A stretch of DNA of 55,579 bases from assembly GCA_041690295.1 (NCBI GenBank), contig JAWLHR010000021.1, positions 1 to 55,579 of the forward strand, read 5' to 3'. The position numbers and the translations under genes are program-made. The notes beneath the pieces are model-generated. The model was given only the letters and a program-made list of their open reading frames with translations, did not search any database and had not been told where the DNA came from. Below are positions 29,352 through 37,788 of this stretch, piece by piece. Every line of letters starts with the position of its first letter. Position 1 is the first letter of the stretch. The stretch is from Bdellovibrionales bacterium. Lineage in GTDB: Bacteria > Bdellovibrionota > Bdellovibrionia > Bdellovibrionales > UBA1609.

Positions 29352-30533
29352 ATGCTCACGTTCAAAATGTTCCGCACCATCTTCATAGAGACGACGATCG
29401 TCCTGGCCCTGCTTGCCGGCTTGCCCGCCATCGGGCAACAAGAGAGCGAAGTTAAAGGGCAGCCGAAGTATTATCCGGGAGCTGATTTAACCAGGAAAAA
29501 ACGGCCGCAAAACTCCTCAACTCCTTCTTCCAACCCACCCGCGGATTCCATCCCCAACGAAATGGTCGGCGGCGATGGGTCGGGCGGCGACGGAGGAACG
29601 AATTACGGCCAAAGCGCGTTTGGCAACGGGCCGGGTCTCAGCGGACCACCGCCGCGAGGCATGGTTTGTGTCGACGGTTGCACGAGCGAACAGGGAAAAT
29701 TTCAGACCGTATTTGGCAAGTCTGGAAACCAAAACTGTGATAAGTGTTTGGCTATGTCACCTCAGCTGCGTGAATTCATGGACCAGCACTTTGTTCGATG
29801 TATCAAGGAAGCCGTTGGTAACACCGATCCCATCACCGATGGAAAGATCTTCCATGCGGGAGTGATCGGCGACGCCCGCCATCAAACCACGGGCTCATTG
29901 CATAATTTTGGTTTGGCCATCGATATCAACGCCATCCGGGTCAACGGAACCGTGTACGAATATTCAAACAAAGATGCGAAAACCCAAGGTTTTTTCACTC
30001 GGCTCAGACAGTGCTGGGGGAAAGCGGCGCAATCTTTCCGCAACTGTCCGCTGCCGTCCACACGCAAGGATCCCAACCCGGGAACGATCGGCCACGAAGA
30101 CCATCGGCACCACAATCACCTGCATCTGTCGATGCCGTTTTGCACGGCTCAGCGTCCCGCCGGCGCCTTCATCGCTTTATGGTTCGCACTCTTAAGTCAA
30201 ACCGCCCATGCTCAGGATTGGGATCCGCCCCAGTCGAAGATCACCACCAAAACAGTTAGATTGGATTCCATTGGAACAGCCAAGGTGGAGATCGAGGACA
30301 CGCAAGGTGAGCCGGTTGGCGCCGATAAACTTTTGACCGTTGATCTTATCTGCAAAGGGAAAAAACCGAAACGCCTCGACAGCAAGATCGAATCCTGTCA
30401 GTTCGAATCGATCAAATACGATTCCAAATCAAAAACACTGACGCTCTCCTATCTCGTCTCTGTCTTGGAATATGACGGCGTGCTCTATTGCAAAAAACGC
30501 GAGCGCAAGACTTACAAGGTGGAATGCCCTTAG
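29352..30533 (+). CDS. Secreted protein with an M15/Hedgehog-DD-peptidase-like (extensin-like C) Zn domain and an extra C-terminal domain
   Basis: Signal-like N-terminus, Gly/Pro linker, SLHNFGLAIDI (H-x6-D) and HHNHLHLS (HxH). Start uncertain (29340, 29352 or 29367). Confidence 0.7.
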   Translation: MLTFKMFRTIFIETTIVLALLAGLPAIGQQESEVKGQPKYYPGADLTRKKRPQNSSTPSSNPPADSIPNEMVGGDGSGGDGGTNYGQSAFGNGPGLSGPPPRGMVCVDGCTSEQGKFQTVFGKSGNQNCDKCLAMSPQLREFMDQHFVRCIKEAVGNTDPITDGKIFHAGVIGDARHQTTGSLHNFGLAIDINAIRVNGTVYEYSNKDAKTQGFFTRLRQCWGKAAQSFRNCPLPSTRKDPNPGTIGHEDHRHHNHLHLSMPFCTAQRPAGAFIALWFALLSQTAHAQDWDPPQSKITTKTVRLDSIGTAKVEIEDTQGEPVGADKLLTVDLICKGKKPKRLDSKIESCQFESIKYDSKSKTLTLSYLVSVLEYDGVLYCKKRERKTYKVECP

Positions 30534-31165
30534 AGGCATTCCTTAACGGCCGTTGTCGACCAAGCCCCGTCAATACACGAGTGAATCAATCCGCATGGTT
30601 TTTCCAGCGAGGAGTGCCAGTCCACCGCTCCATTGAAATCAAAGAGTGGTGGTCCGTCGCCGAGAATATGACGGCCATGTTCAACCGGAAGGACTTGACC
30701 GATATCGTTACGGGCCCCGCAACTCTGGCCTTTTTCTTCCACCACCAATCCACGGCAGCCGACCAGGCCCCCATCATCGTCGGTTTCAAACCGGAAAAAC
30801 CCAATCGTCTTGTCGTTCACGCCTTTTTGACGTGAGCTGCGCATTTTCAAATAGCCTTGAACAACCTTGAATCCCGTCTCCGAAACAGCGTCGATCGGTT
30901 TCGCCAAATATAAATCCATCTCTGAATCTTCACGCGCTAGCACTTTGATTTCGGTGCCGACATCAATAGCGGAGATGGCTTTAAGACATCCCTCGTTCGT
31001 CAATGCATCGAACTGCAGGGCTTTGATTTTGGACGCTGACGCGTTCAGTGTCGCGACGCGTGATGCAACTTCATCCGACCACAAGCTCGCGATCCAAATT
31101 CCCGCACCGATGAGTACCGCGATTCCGACCAACAAAATAACCGCTAATTGAAATGATCCCCTCAC
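30530..31165 (-). CDS. Membrane-anchored hypothetical protein, pilin/pseudopilin-like architecture
   Basis: GTG start with a GGAG RBS; RG followed by a long hydrophobic helix; several Cys. Confidence 0.6.
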   Translation of the reverse strand: MRGSFQLAVILLVGIAVLIGAGIWIASLWSDEVASRVATLNASASKIKALQFDALTNEGCLKAISAIDVGTEIKVLAREDSEMDLYLAKPIDAVSETGFKVVQGYLKMRSSRQKGVNDKTIGFFRFETDDDGGLVGCRGLVVEEKGQSCGARNDIGQVLPVEHGRHILGDGPPLFDFNGAVDWHSSLEKPCGLIHSCIDGAWSTTAVKECL

Positions 31166-31363
31166 CTTTCACTCCAGTTGCTTTCATCATATCGAGATTG
31201 GACTTCCATGTACAAATGTTCCCACCTTCACCTGAGTTTTCGTCAAACTGTCTCATTTGAAACGTGAATTACGCGTAAACAAGGACCTCGACTTCGGCAC
31301 GGGGGTTGAAGAGACATCGGCCATGACCAATCAAGGTACACCAGTTAATGGGGGTAATTTTTT

Positions 31364-31756
31364 ATGAGAATCGCATCCATCTTCGCGGCTGTCATCGTTA
31401 CACATCTTTCGTGCATGCCAATCGCGTCGGCCGAACCTGTCACCAAGGAAGTGGCGCTGTCGATCAACGAAGTTTTCATTCCCGAGCGCATCGAGCCGGG
31501 GCGTGACGCGAAGGTGGTGTTGAGCGGGATGTTCCCTAACAGCTGCTATCGATGGTCACGCTCGGAAGTCCGCGACGTGAGCGCCACGGTTCATTACATC
31601 CGCGCTTATGCCATGGTCTCTCAAACCATGTGCCTGATGGTTCTCGTTCCTTACAGCAAGGAAGTGAACTTGGGCCGGCTCCAGCCCGGCACTCACACAT
31701 TGCGCTTTATCAATGGCGACAACACCTTCTTTGAACGTTCCCTGGAAGTGGAATGA
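31364..31756 (+). CDS. Secreted hypothetical protein (small beta-sandwich with a disulfide)
   Basis: Signal peptide ending ASA; SGMFPNSCY ... CLMVLVPY ... LGRLQPGTH. Confidence 0.75.
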   Translation: MRIASIFAAVIVTHLSCMPIASAEPVTKEVALSINEVFIPERIEPGRDAKVVLSGMFPNSCYRWSRSEVRDVSATVHYIRAYAMVSQTMCLMVLVPYSKEVNLGRLQPGTHTLRFINGDNTFFERSLEVE

Positions 31757-32235
31757 TTCTCATCCTATTCCTTCTCTTCGCGGGCGGGTCCATGGAGGCC
31801 CGCTCGCTTCCTCATGATCCGATTGTGGGAAGCTGGATTTACGACGGTTTCTCATTCGAAGGGCACCGTTACCCGAATCCAAATCCCGATCTCGTTCTGA
31901 AGTTTCAGTTCACGCCCGATCAAAAAGCCCGACTCAACTGGCATCGCTTGAACGAATCCGGATTCTGCGAGCGTGAGGCCGAATATCGCGTTCAAGACCA
32001 AATTCTTCACCAAGTCGTGACCTGGGTGAATCCCGAAAACAATTCGGATTGCGGCCGCGATCCCGATATGCAACTTGGCCGCGAGACACAAACCCGCTTT
32101 GCCATCGAGGGATGCGAGCTCCACTTTTACTTTGATCTGAACGGCCGCGAATTCATTTACATACTAAAGCGGGAGAGCAGCAATCAGGCGCTTCCCTCTG
32201 AAGCAGATCCAAGGCCGCTTCGGCCTTCTCCGTGA
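31753..32235 (+). CDS. Secreted lipocalin-like hypothetical protein
   Basis: ATGA coupling; signal peptide; IVGSW motif; C-terminal basic residue after a beta-strand (YILKR). Confidence 0.6.
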   Translation: MILILFLLFAGGSMEARSLPHDPIVGSWIYDGFSFEGHRYPNPNPDLVLKFQFTPDQKARLNWHRLNESGFCEREAEYRVQDQILHQVVTWVNPENNSDCGRDPDMQLGRETQTRFAIEGCELHFYFDLNGREFIYILKRESSNQALPSEADPRPLRPSP

Positions 32236-32755
32236 AATTGGGAAAATTCGGAATCTGAAAATATCTTGGATGCTGGGACCAAATCTCTTCGATGCGATTA
32301 TCGATCCGGCGCGCTTCTTCCGCGGTTTCGGTGCGAAGAAAGTAATCCCGGTTGTAGCCGTTTTTGCTATCGGGTGTGCGCAGGTGAATCACCACCGCGT
32401 ATTTGGCCATTTCGGTTTTCAAATCCGAGCGCACCTGGCTCCAGAAACTTTCCTCACTGCCCGGCCAGTACGCGAGCCCATCCAAGGTTCCGCGATCGCA
32501 CAAGCCGAACTGCCACCGATTTTCACTCACCACCAGCTCTTCCATTTCAGCTTGAACGTGATAAATGGCGCGTTGCGCGGCCCGTCGAGCCGATTCACTG
32601 GGTAAGCGCCAAAATCCGCCGGAAAAGATGATCGAGGCGGCCTCGGGCAAGACCACCATGTGGCGGCAGAATTTTCGACGGGCGAGTTCAATCACCGCGG
32701 TTTTACCGGCGCCAGGGCCGCCGGTGATCACGATAAATTTAAACTTGTTTGGCAA
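32153..32755 (-). CDS. P-loop NTPase/kinase of the NadR/Ttd14 (AAA_28) type
   Basis: ITGGPGAGKT, LPEAA, CDRGTLD and RTET..EA. Confidence 0.82.
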   Translation of the reverse strand: MPNKFKFIVITGGPGAGKTAVIELARRKFCRHMVVLPEAASIIFSGGFWRLPSESARRAAQRAIYHVQAEMEELVVSENRWQFGLCDRGTLDGLAYWPGSEESFWSQVRSDLKTEMAKYAVVIHLRTPDSKNGYNRDYFLRTETAEEARRIDNRIEEIWSQHPRYFQIPNFPNFTEKAEAALDLLQREAPDCCSPALVCK

Positions 32756-32807
32756 GATGGGCTCCTGTTTCGGTTTTTAAAACTTTACAAACAGGATGAG
32801 GTCAAGA

Positions 32808-33194
32808 TCAACTCAACCGGTCCGCCAAGGCTCGAAGGGCGTCGATGGCCGTGAAAATTCCCACCACCTTTTCTCCCTCCGCGACCAACGCGCTTCCCAA
32901 TTTTTTATCCGCCATGTAAGTGACGACCTCGCGCAAAGGCGTGTCGGGGGAAACCACGTACGGATCCGGAGTTAAGGCCTCTTCGACAGGTAATTTCAAC
33001 GCTTCCGGGTTCGCGAAGGTCAATACGAGATTGATATCCCGCTCGCTGATGACCCCGACCAGTTTTCCCGCTTTTAAGACCGGAAGGTGCCGCACGTGAA
33101 GCTTCCGCATGTATTCACTGGCCAGTTCCATCGATTGGTCATGACCGATGGTTTTGGGCGCCGGAGTCATGTAATCTCGTACTTTTGATTTCAT
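32808..33194 (-). CDS. CBS-domain pair protein
   Basis: VRDYMT, VRHLPV..GKLVGVISERD and VVGIFTAIDAL; ATG at 33194. Confidence 0.9.
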   Translation of the reverse strand: MKSKVRDYMTPAPKTIGHDQSMELASEYMRKLHVRHLPVLKAGKLVGVISERDINLVLTFANPEALKLPVEEALTPDPYVVSPDTPLREVVTYMADKKLGSALVAEGEKVVGIFTAIDALRALADRLS

Positions 33195-33233
33195 CCTAAA
33201 TTCCTCTGGTTTGCCTACCATCCCGCTTGAAGA

Positions 33234-33249
33234 TACAAGTTCCTTGCCA
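33234..33249 (-). promoter_or_regulatory. Variant sigma54 promoter candidate for the CBS-ATPase operon
   Basis: TGGCAAGGAACTTGTA (GT instead of GC at -12), divergent from an NtrC-type activator gene. Confidence 0.4.
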
Positions 33250-33407
33250 GGGTGGAACCGGCCGAATCCATGAAAAAAACGCCCCAGTTGAGACATTCTG
33301 GCTCATTTGGATCACGGCCGCTGCAAATCCGTCCCGGCCGTCGTGGTTCAGGCATGACAAGAGGCGCTTGATTGACTAGAGTCGGACCAAATTCAAAGGA
33401 AGATCGA

Positions 33408-34811
33408 ATGCGAATGAATCATCGAGTCGCCGTGGTGGATGATGACTTCGAAATGGGGCGTCTGGTCGCGGATCTGCTCACCGAAGAAGGATACCAAGTC
33501 AGTCAATTCTCCTCGGCTCAAGAGGCTCTGGTTAAGTTCAAACAGGAACTGCCTCATGTTCTGATCACCGACCTGAAAATGAAGGAAATCGACGGCATGA
33601 TGTTCCTGCGTAAGATGCAGTCGGATTATCCGAGTGTGGTTACGATCATGATGACGGCCTTCGGTTCCATCGAAAACGCCATTGAGGCGATGAAAAACGG
33701 CGCTTATCATTACATCGTCAAACCGTTCAAAAACGAGGAAATGGTTTTACTGGTTCGTCGCGCGATGGAGAAAGCCTCGCTGACCCGGGAGAACCGGATG
33801 CTTCGCGATGAAATCCAAAAGAACTTTTCTTTGGATTCCATCATCGGAAAAAGCCCGGCGATGACCGAAGTTTTCGAAACCGTTAAAAGGGTGGCTCCGG
33901 CTTCGGCCACGGTGTTGATCGGCGGAGAAAGCGGAACCGGAAAAGAGATGATCGCCCGCGCGATTCACAACCTGGGCCCGCGCAAAAACAGGCCCTTCGT
34001 TCCCATTAACTGCACCGCCATTCCCGAATCGTTGATGGAAAGCGAGCTTTTCGGCCATGCCAAGGGTTCGTTCACCGGCGCCGTCGCCGATCGCAAAGGC
34101 TTGTTTGAACAGGCTAACGGCGGCACCTTATTCCTTGATGAAATCGGTGATCTCAGTCTGACTTTACAGGCCAAGCTGCTCAGGGTCTTACAAGACAAAC
34201 AAATCCGTCCCGTCGGGGATTCGCAACTCAAGCAAATCGATGTGCGGATCATCGCCGCCACCCACCGCGACCTTCAAATCATGGTGAAGGACGGAAAATT
34301 CCGCGAAGATTTATTCTATCGGTTGAATGTTCTTCCGATTCAAATTCCGCCGCTCAGGGAGCGCACGCAGGACATTCCCCTTTTGGTGGAAAACTTCATC
34401 GCCAAATTCGCCGCGCAAAACAATTCGCGCGTTCGCGGGGTCACTCCCGAAGCCATGGCCGCCCTTATGGCCCATCCATGGCCCGGCAACGTGCGTGAGC
34501 TTGAAAACTTGGTCGAGCGCGCCGTCGTTCTTTGCCCTAATGAGCTCATCGATAAGCAGGACATCATGGGTACGGCGGTGGCTCAGGCGAAACAAAGCTT
34601 TGAGCAACTCTTCGCTGACACTCCGACACTTGATCAGATCGAAGAACGCTATATAAAAATGATTTTGGCGAAGATGAATAATCAGAAAGATAAAGCCGCG
34701 AAGGTTCTCGGCATTAATCGCCGCACTCTCTACCGCAAAGAGCGTTTGTACGGGCTCGTGTCCTCGGAAACGCCGGAACCCGCGGAGGAGACCCATGAAG
34801 ATGCCGAATAA
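33408..34811 (+). CDS. Sigma54-dependent response regulator (NtrC family: REC-AAA+-Fis HTH)
   Basis: GESGTGKE, ESELFGH, GSFTGA, FLDEIG, WPGNVREL and LGINRRTLYRK. Confidence 0.95.
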   Translation: MRMNHRVAVVDDDFEMGRLVADLLTEEGYQVSQFSSAQEALVKFKQELPHVLITDLKMKEIDGMMFLRKMQSDYPSVVTIMMTAFGSIENAIEAMKNGAYHYIVKPFKNEEMVLLVRRAMEKASLTRENRMLRDEIQKNFSLDSIIGKSPAMTEVFETVKRVAPASATVLIGGESGTGKEMIARAIHNLGPRKNRPFVPINCTAIPESLMESELFGHAKGSFTGAVADRKGLFEQANGGTLFLDEIGDLSLTLQAKLLRVLQDKQIRPVGDSQLKQIDVRIIAATHRDLQIMVKDGKFREDLFYRLNVLPIQIPPLRERTQDIPLLVENFIAKFAAQNNSRVRGVTPEAMAALMAHPWPGNVRELENLVERAVVLCPNELIDKQDIMGTAVAQAKQSFEQLFADTPTLDQIEERYIKMILAKMNNQKDKAAKVLGINRRTLYRKERLYGLVSSETPEPAEETHEDAE

Positions 34812-35928
34812 CGAGGGGCTCAGCAGCCGCGATTTCGCGAATTTGAAATCCGCCCTCGATGAGGCCGCGATCGTGGCCATCACCGACGCCAAAGGTGTAA
34901 TCACCTACGCCAACAAGAAGTTCTGTTCGATATCGAAATACGAAGCCAGGGAGCTGATTGGAAACACCCACCGGATCGTGAACTCCGGCCTTCACCCGCG
35001 GGAATTTTTCGTGAACATGTGGCGGACCATCGCCTCCGGTGAGGTCTGGGAAGGCGAGATCCGCAACCGGGCGAAGGATGGAACCTACTACTGGGTGCAT
35101 ACGACCATCGTGCCTTTCATGGACGAAAAAGGTCGGCCGGAGAGTTATGTTTCCGTCCGTTACGACATCACACCACTGGTGGCCGTTCAGGAGCAGTTGA
35201 AAATCCACGCCAAGAAACTTGAAGTAAGTAACCGCGAGTTGCAGGACTTCGCTTCGGTGGCCGCGCACGATCTGCAAGAACCTTTGCGAAAAATCAGGTC
35301 TTTCTCCGATCGCGTGCAAACAAAGGCCAAAGGAGCACTGGATCCGGAAATCATGGACTATCTTGACCGGATCCAAAATTCCGCCTCGCGCATGCAGACC
35401 CTGATCGATGATCTTCTGTCCTACTCGCGCGTGACGACGAAAGCCGAACCTTTCGTGCCAGTGGACATGGGCCAGGTGCTTCGCCAAGTGGTGGCGGATC
35501 TGGAAATTCGATTGGAGCAAACCAAGGGGAAAGTCGAAATCAAGGACTTACCCGTCCTGGACGCAGATCCCACGCAGATGTACCAGTTGATGCAGAACCT
35601 GATCAACAACGCTTTGAAATTCCACAAACCCGACACCCCGCCCGTGGTCACCGTGACCAGTGAGAAAATTCCGGGCGCGAACGCGGTGAAGATCTTCATC
35701 CGGGACAACGGCATCGGTTTTGATCAAAAGTATTTGGATCGGATTTTCAGCATTTTCCAACGCCTGCATGGCCGGCATGAATATCAAGGCACGGGGATCG
35801 GGCTCGCCGTTTGCCGCAAAATCGTCGACCGGCATGGCGGCTTTATCACCGCGGAATCCATTCCCGGTCAGGGAGCCACGTTCATTGTGCAGCTACCGAT
35901 CCGGCAAAAAAAGGAGGAGGAGTCATGA
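34795..35928 (+). CDS. Cytoplasmic PAS-domain histidine kinase with a phytochrome-type kinase core
   Basis: PAS (WEGEIRNRAKDGTYYWV), AAHDLQEPLR, NALKF, DNGIGFD, FQRLH and GTGIGLA. Confidence 0.92.
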   Translation: MKMPNNEGLSSRDFANLKSALDEAAIVAITDAKGVITYANKKFCSISKYEARELIGNTHRIVNSGLHPREFFVNMWRTIASGEVWEGEIRNRAKDGTYYWVHTTIVPFMDEKGRPESYVSVRYDITPLVAVQEQLKIHAKKLEVSNRELQDFASVAAHDLQEPLRKIRSFSDRVQTKAKGALDPEIMDYLDRIQNSASRMQTLIDDLLSYSRVTTKAEPFVPVDMGQVLRQVVADLEIRLEQTKGKVEIKDLPVLDADPTQMYQLMQNLINNALKFHKPDTPPVVTVTSEKIPGANAVKIFIRDNGIGFDQKYLDRIFSIFQRLHGRHEYQGTGIGLAVCRKIVDRHGGFITAESIPGQGATFIVQLPIRQKKEEES

Positions 35929-36353
35929 GCTCACGCCAACATCCGGTTTCGATCTTGATCGCCGATGATGACATCGAAGATTGCCAGATGATCAAGGAAG
36001 CGCTGATCGAAAGCCGCCTTCTTAACGACCTGCACTTCGTCCATAACGGCGAGGAATTGGTTTCGTGGCTGCAAACCACGGAGAATCTGCCGGGCATTAT
36101 ATTACTGGATTTGAACATGCCCAAGCGGGACGGACGGGAAGCGCTTAGCGATATAAAATCGGATCCGCGGTTTAAACATATTCCCGTGATCGTATTGACG
36201 ACTTCAAAGGCCGAGGAAGACATCGTGCGCACCTACAACCTGGGCGTGAACTCATTCATCACCAAACCGGTCACCTTCAACGCCCTTGTGCACGTTCTTC
36301 GCGAAGTGGCCCATTACTGGTTCCAGATCGTCGAGTTGCCGCGTGGTAAATAA
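35925..36353 (+). CDS. Single-domain response regulator (Rcp1-like)
   Basis: LLDLNMP, LTTS, YNLGVNSFITKP and YWF; GGAGGAG RBS with an ATGA overlap. Confidence 0.9.
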   Translation: MSSRQHPVSILIADDDIEDCQMIKEALIESRLLNDLHFVHNGEELVSWLQTTENLPGIILLDLNMPKRDGREALSDIKSDPRFKHIPVIVLTTSKAEEDIVRTYNLGVNSFITKPVTFNALVHVLREVAHYWFQIVELPRGK

Positions 36354-37788
36354 CGAACTTAAAGTTCTTCTTATCGATGATGACGAAGATGATTTCGTCA
36401 ATATCCGTGACCTTCTGGGTGACATCAAGACCGTACACTATAAGTTGACCTGGAAGGCGGATTATCGCGAAGGGCTCGAGAGTTTATTGACGGGATCCTA
36501 TGATGCCTGTCTTTTGGATTACCAGCTTGGTCAATCCTCGGGTATTGATCTCATCACCGAAGCCAATCAAGCCGGCTCCACCTGCCCGATCATTCTTTTG
36601 ACCGGTCATAGCGATTTCGATCTAGATCTAAGAGCGATGCAAGTGGGTGCCTCTGATTATCTGATTAAAAATCAAATCACGTCGGCCCTACTCGAACGCG
36701 CGATCCGATACTCCATGAAACACGCCCTGGATATGCGCGATATTTCCGAGCAAAAGGAAAACTTCAAGGTTTTATTCAATTCCACCTTCGAGGGCGTTCT
36801 CGTTTTGCGCAACGGCGGCATTATCGACGCGAACGCCGCGGCCTGCGAAATTTTCAAACGCAGCCGCGAGGAGCTTTCCGTCACCCCTTTCGAAAACCTT
36901 TTGCAACCGGAGGATCGTGAGGCGTTCAACCGTAACCTCGGCAAATCCGACACCTGGCAAATGGAAGCCGTCGGCCTCACCAGGGATGAGTCGGAAATCC
37001 ACCTCACACTGTCCGGCCGAAAGATCATGCTCAAAGGACAATGGGTGCCGATCATCGGCGTTCGTGATCAAACCATGCAGAAACAAATGGAAGCGCAAAT
37101 TCTGCAACAAGACCGTTTGGCTTCATTGGGTCTTTTGGCCTCAAGTCTCGCCCATGAGATCGGCACTCCCCTCGGAGTGATCCGCGGGCGCGCCGAAATG
37201 CTTGGTAAATCATCGGAGTCGGAAAAGGTCCGCTCCACCATGGACCTGATTGTCGGCCAGATTGATCGTATCGCCAAACTGGTGCACTCACTGCTTCATC
37301 TCGCCCGCGCCCACAACTCCGAATCGATCGTGAACGTGGATCTGGCGGAAGTGTTGGGCAATGTGATTCAACTGGTCAGCCACGAGGTGAAACGTAAAAA
37401 CATCCGATTGGAATACGAACCGCCGACCGGAATTTGGGTCCGGGCCGAAGCGGGTCCGCTGGGGCAAGTCGTTCTTAATCTGTTGGTGAACGCCATTCAC
37501 GCCATTGAAGCTAAAAAGAGCGAGAGCGAGTCCGTCATCGCCATCCGGGTCAAACAAATTGATGGTGAAACGGAAATCGCCGTTCAGGATACGGGTTGCG
37601 GAATTTCGGAGAAAAATTTTAAACGCTTGTTCCAGCCGTTTTTCACCACCAAGGAAATCGGCGTGGGGACCGGTCTCGGGCTCGCGACATCCTATAAACT
37701 CGTGAGCTCGTGGGGCGGATCAATCCGCGCCGAAAGCCGTGAAGGCGTTGGATCCACCTTCACGATCATACTGAATTCAGCCCGCTAA
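36343..37788 (+). CDS. REC-PAS-histidine kinase (NtrB-like core)
   Basis: N-terminal REC (IDDDEDD, LLDYQL), PAS, LAHEIGTPL, NAIHA, DTGCG and GTGLGL; GTG start at 36343. Confidence 0.9.
   Translation: MVNNELKVLLIDDDEDDFVNIRDLLGDIKTVHYKLTWKADYREGLESLLTGSYDACLLDYQLGQSSGIDLITEANQAGSTCPIILLTGHSDFDLDLRAMQVGASDYLIKNQITSALLERAIRYSMKHALDMRDISEQKENFKVLFNSTFEGVLVLRNGGIIDANAAACEIFKRSREELSVTPFENLLQPEDREAFNRNLGKSDTWQMEAVGLTRDESEIHLTLSGRKIMLKGQWVPIIGVRDQTMQKQMEAQILQQDRLASLGLLASSLAHEIGTPLGVIRGRAEMLGKSSESEKVRSTMDLIVGQIDRIAKLVHSLLHLARAHNSESIVNVDLAEVLGNVIQLVSHEVKRKNIRLEYEPPTGIWVRAEAGPLGQVVLNLLVNAIHAIEAKKSESESVIAIRVKQIDGETEIAVQDTGCGISEKNFKRLFQPFFTTKEIGVGTGLGLATSYKLVSSWGGSIRAESREGVGSTFTIILNSAR

Noticed and set aside
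32153..32235. 83-bp overlap of convergent genes
   Set aside because: It involves only tail residues with no recognisable motif, and short convergent overlaps are frequent in this compact window.
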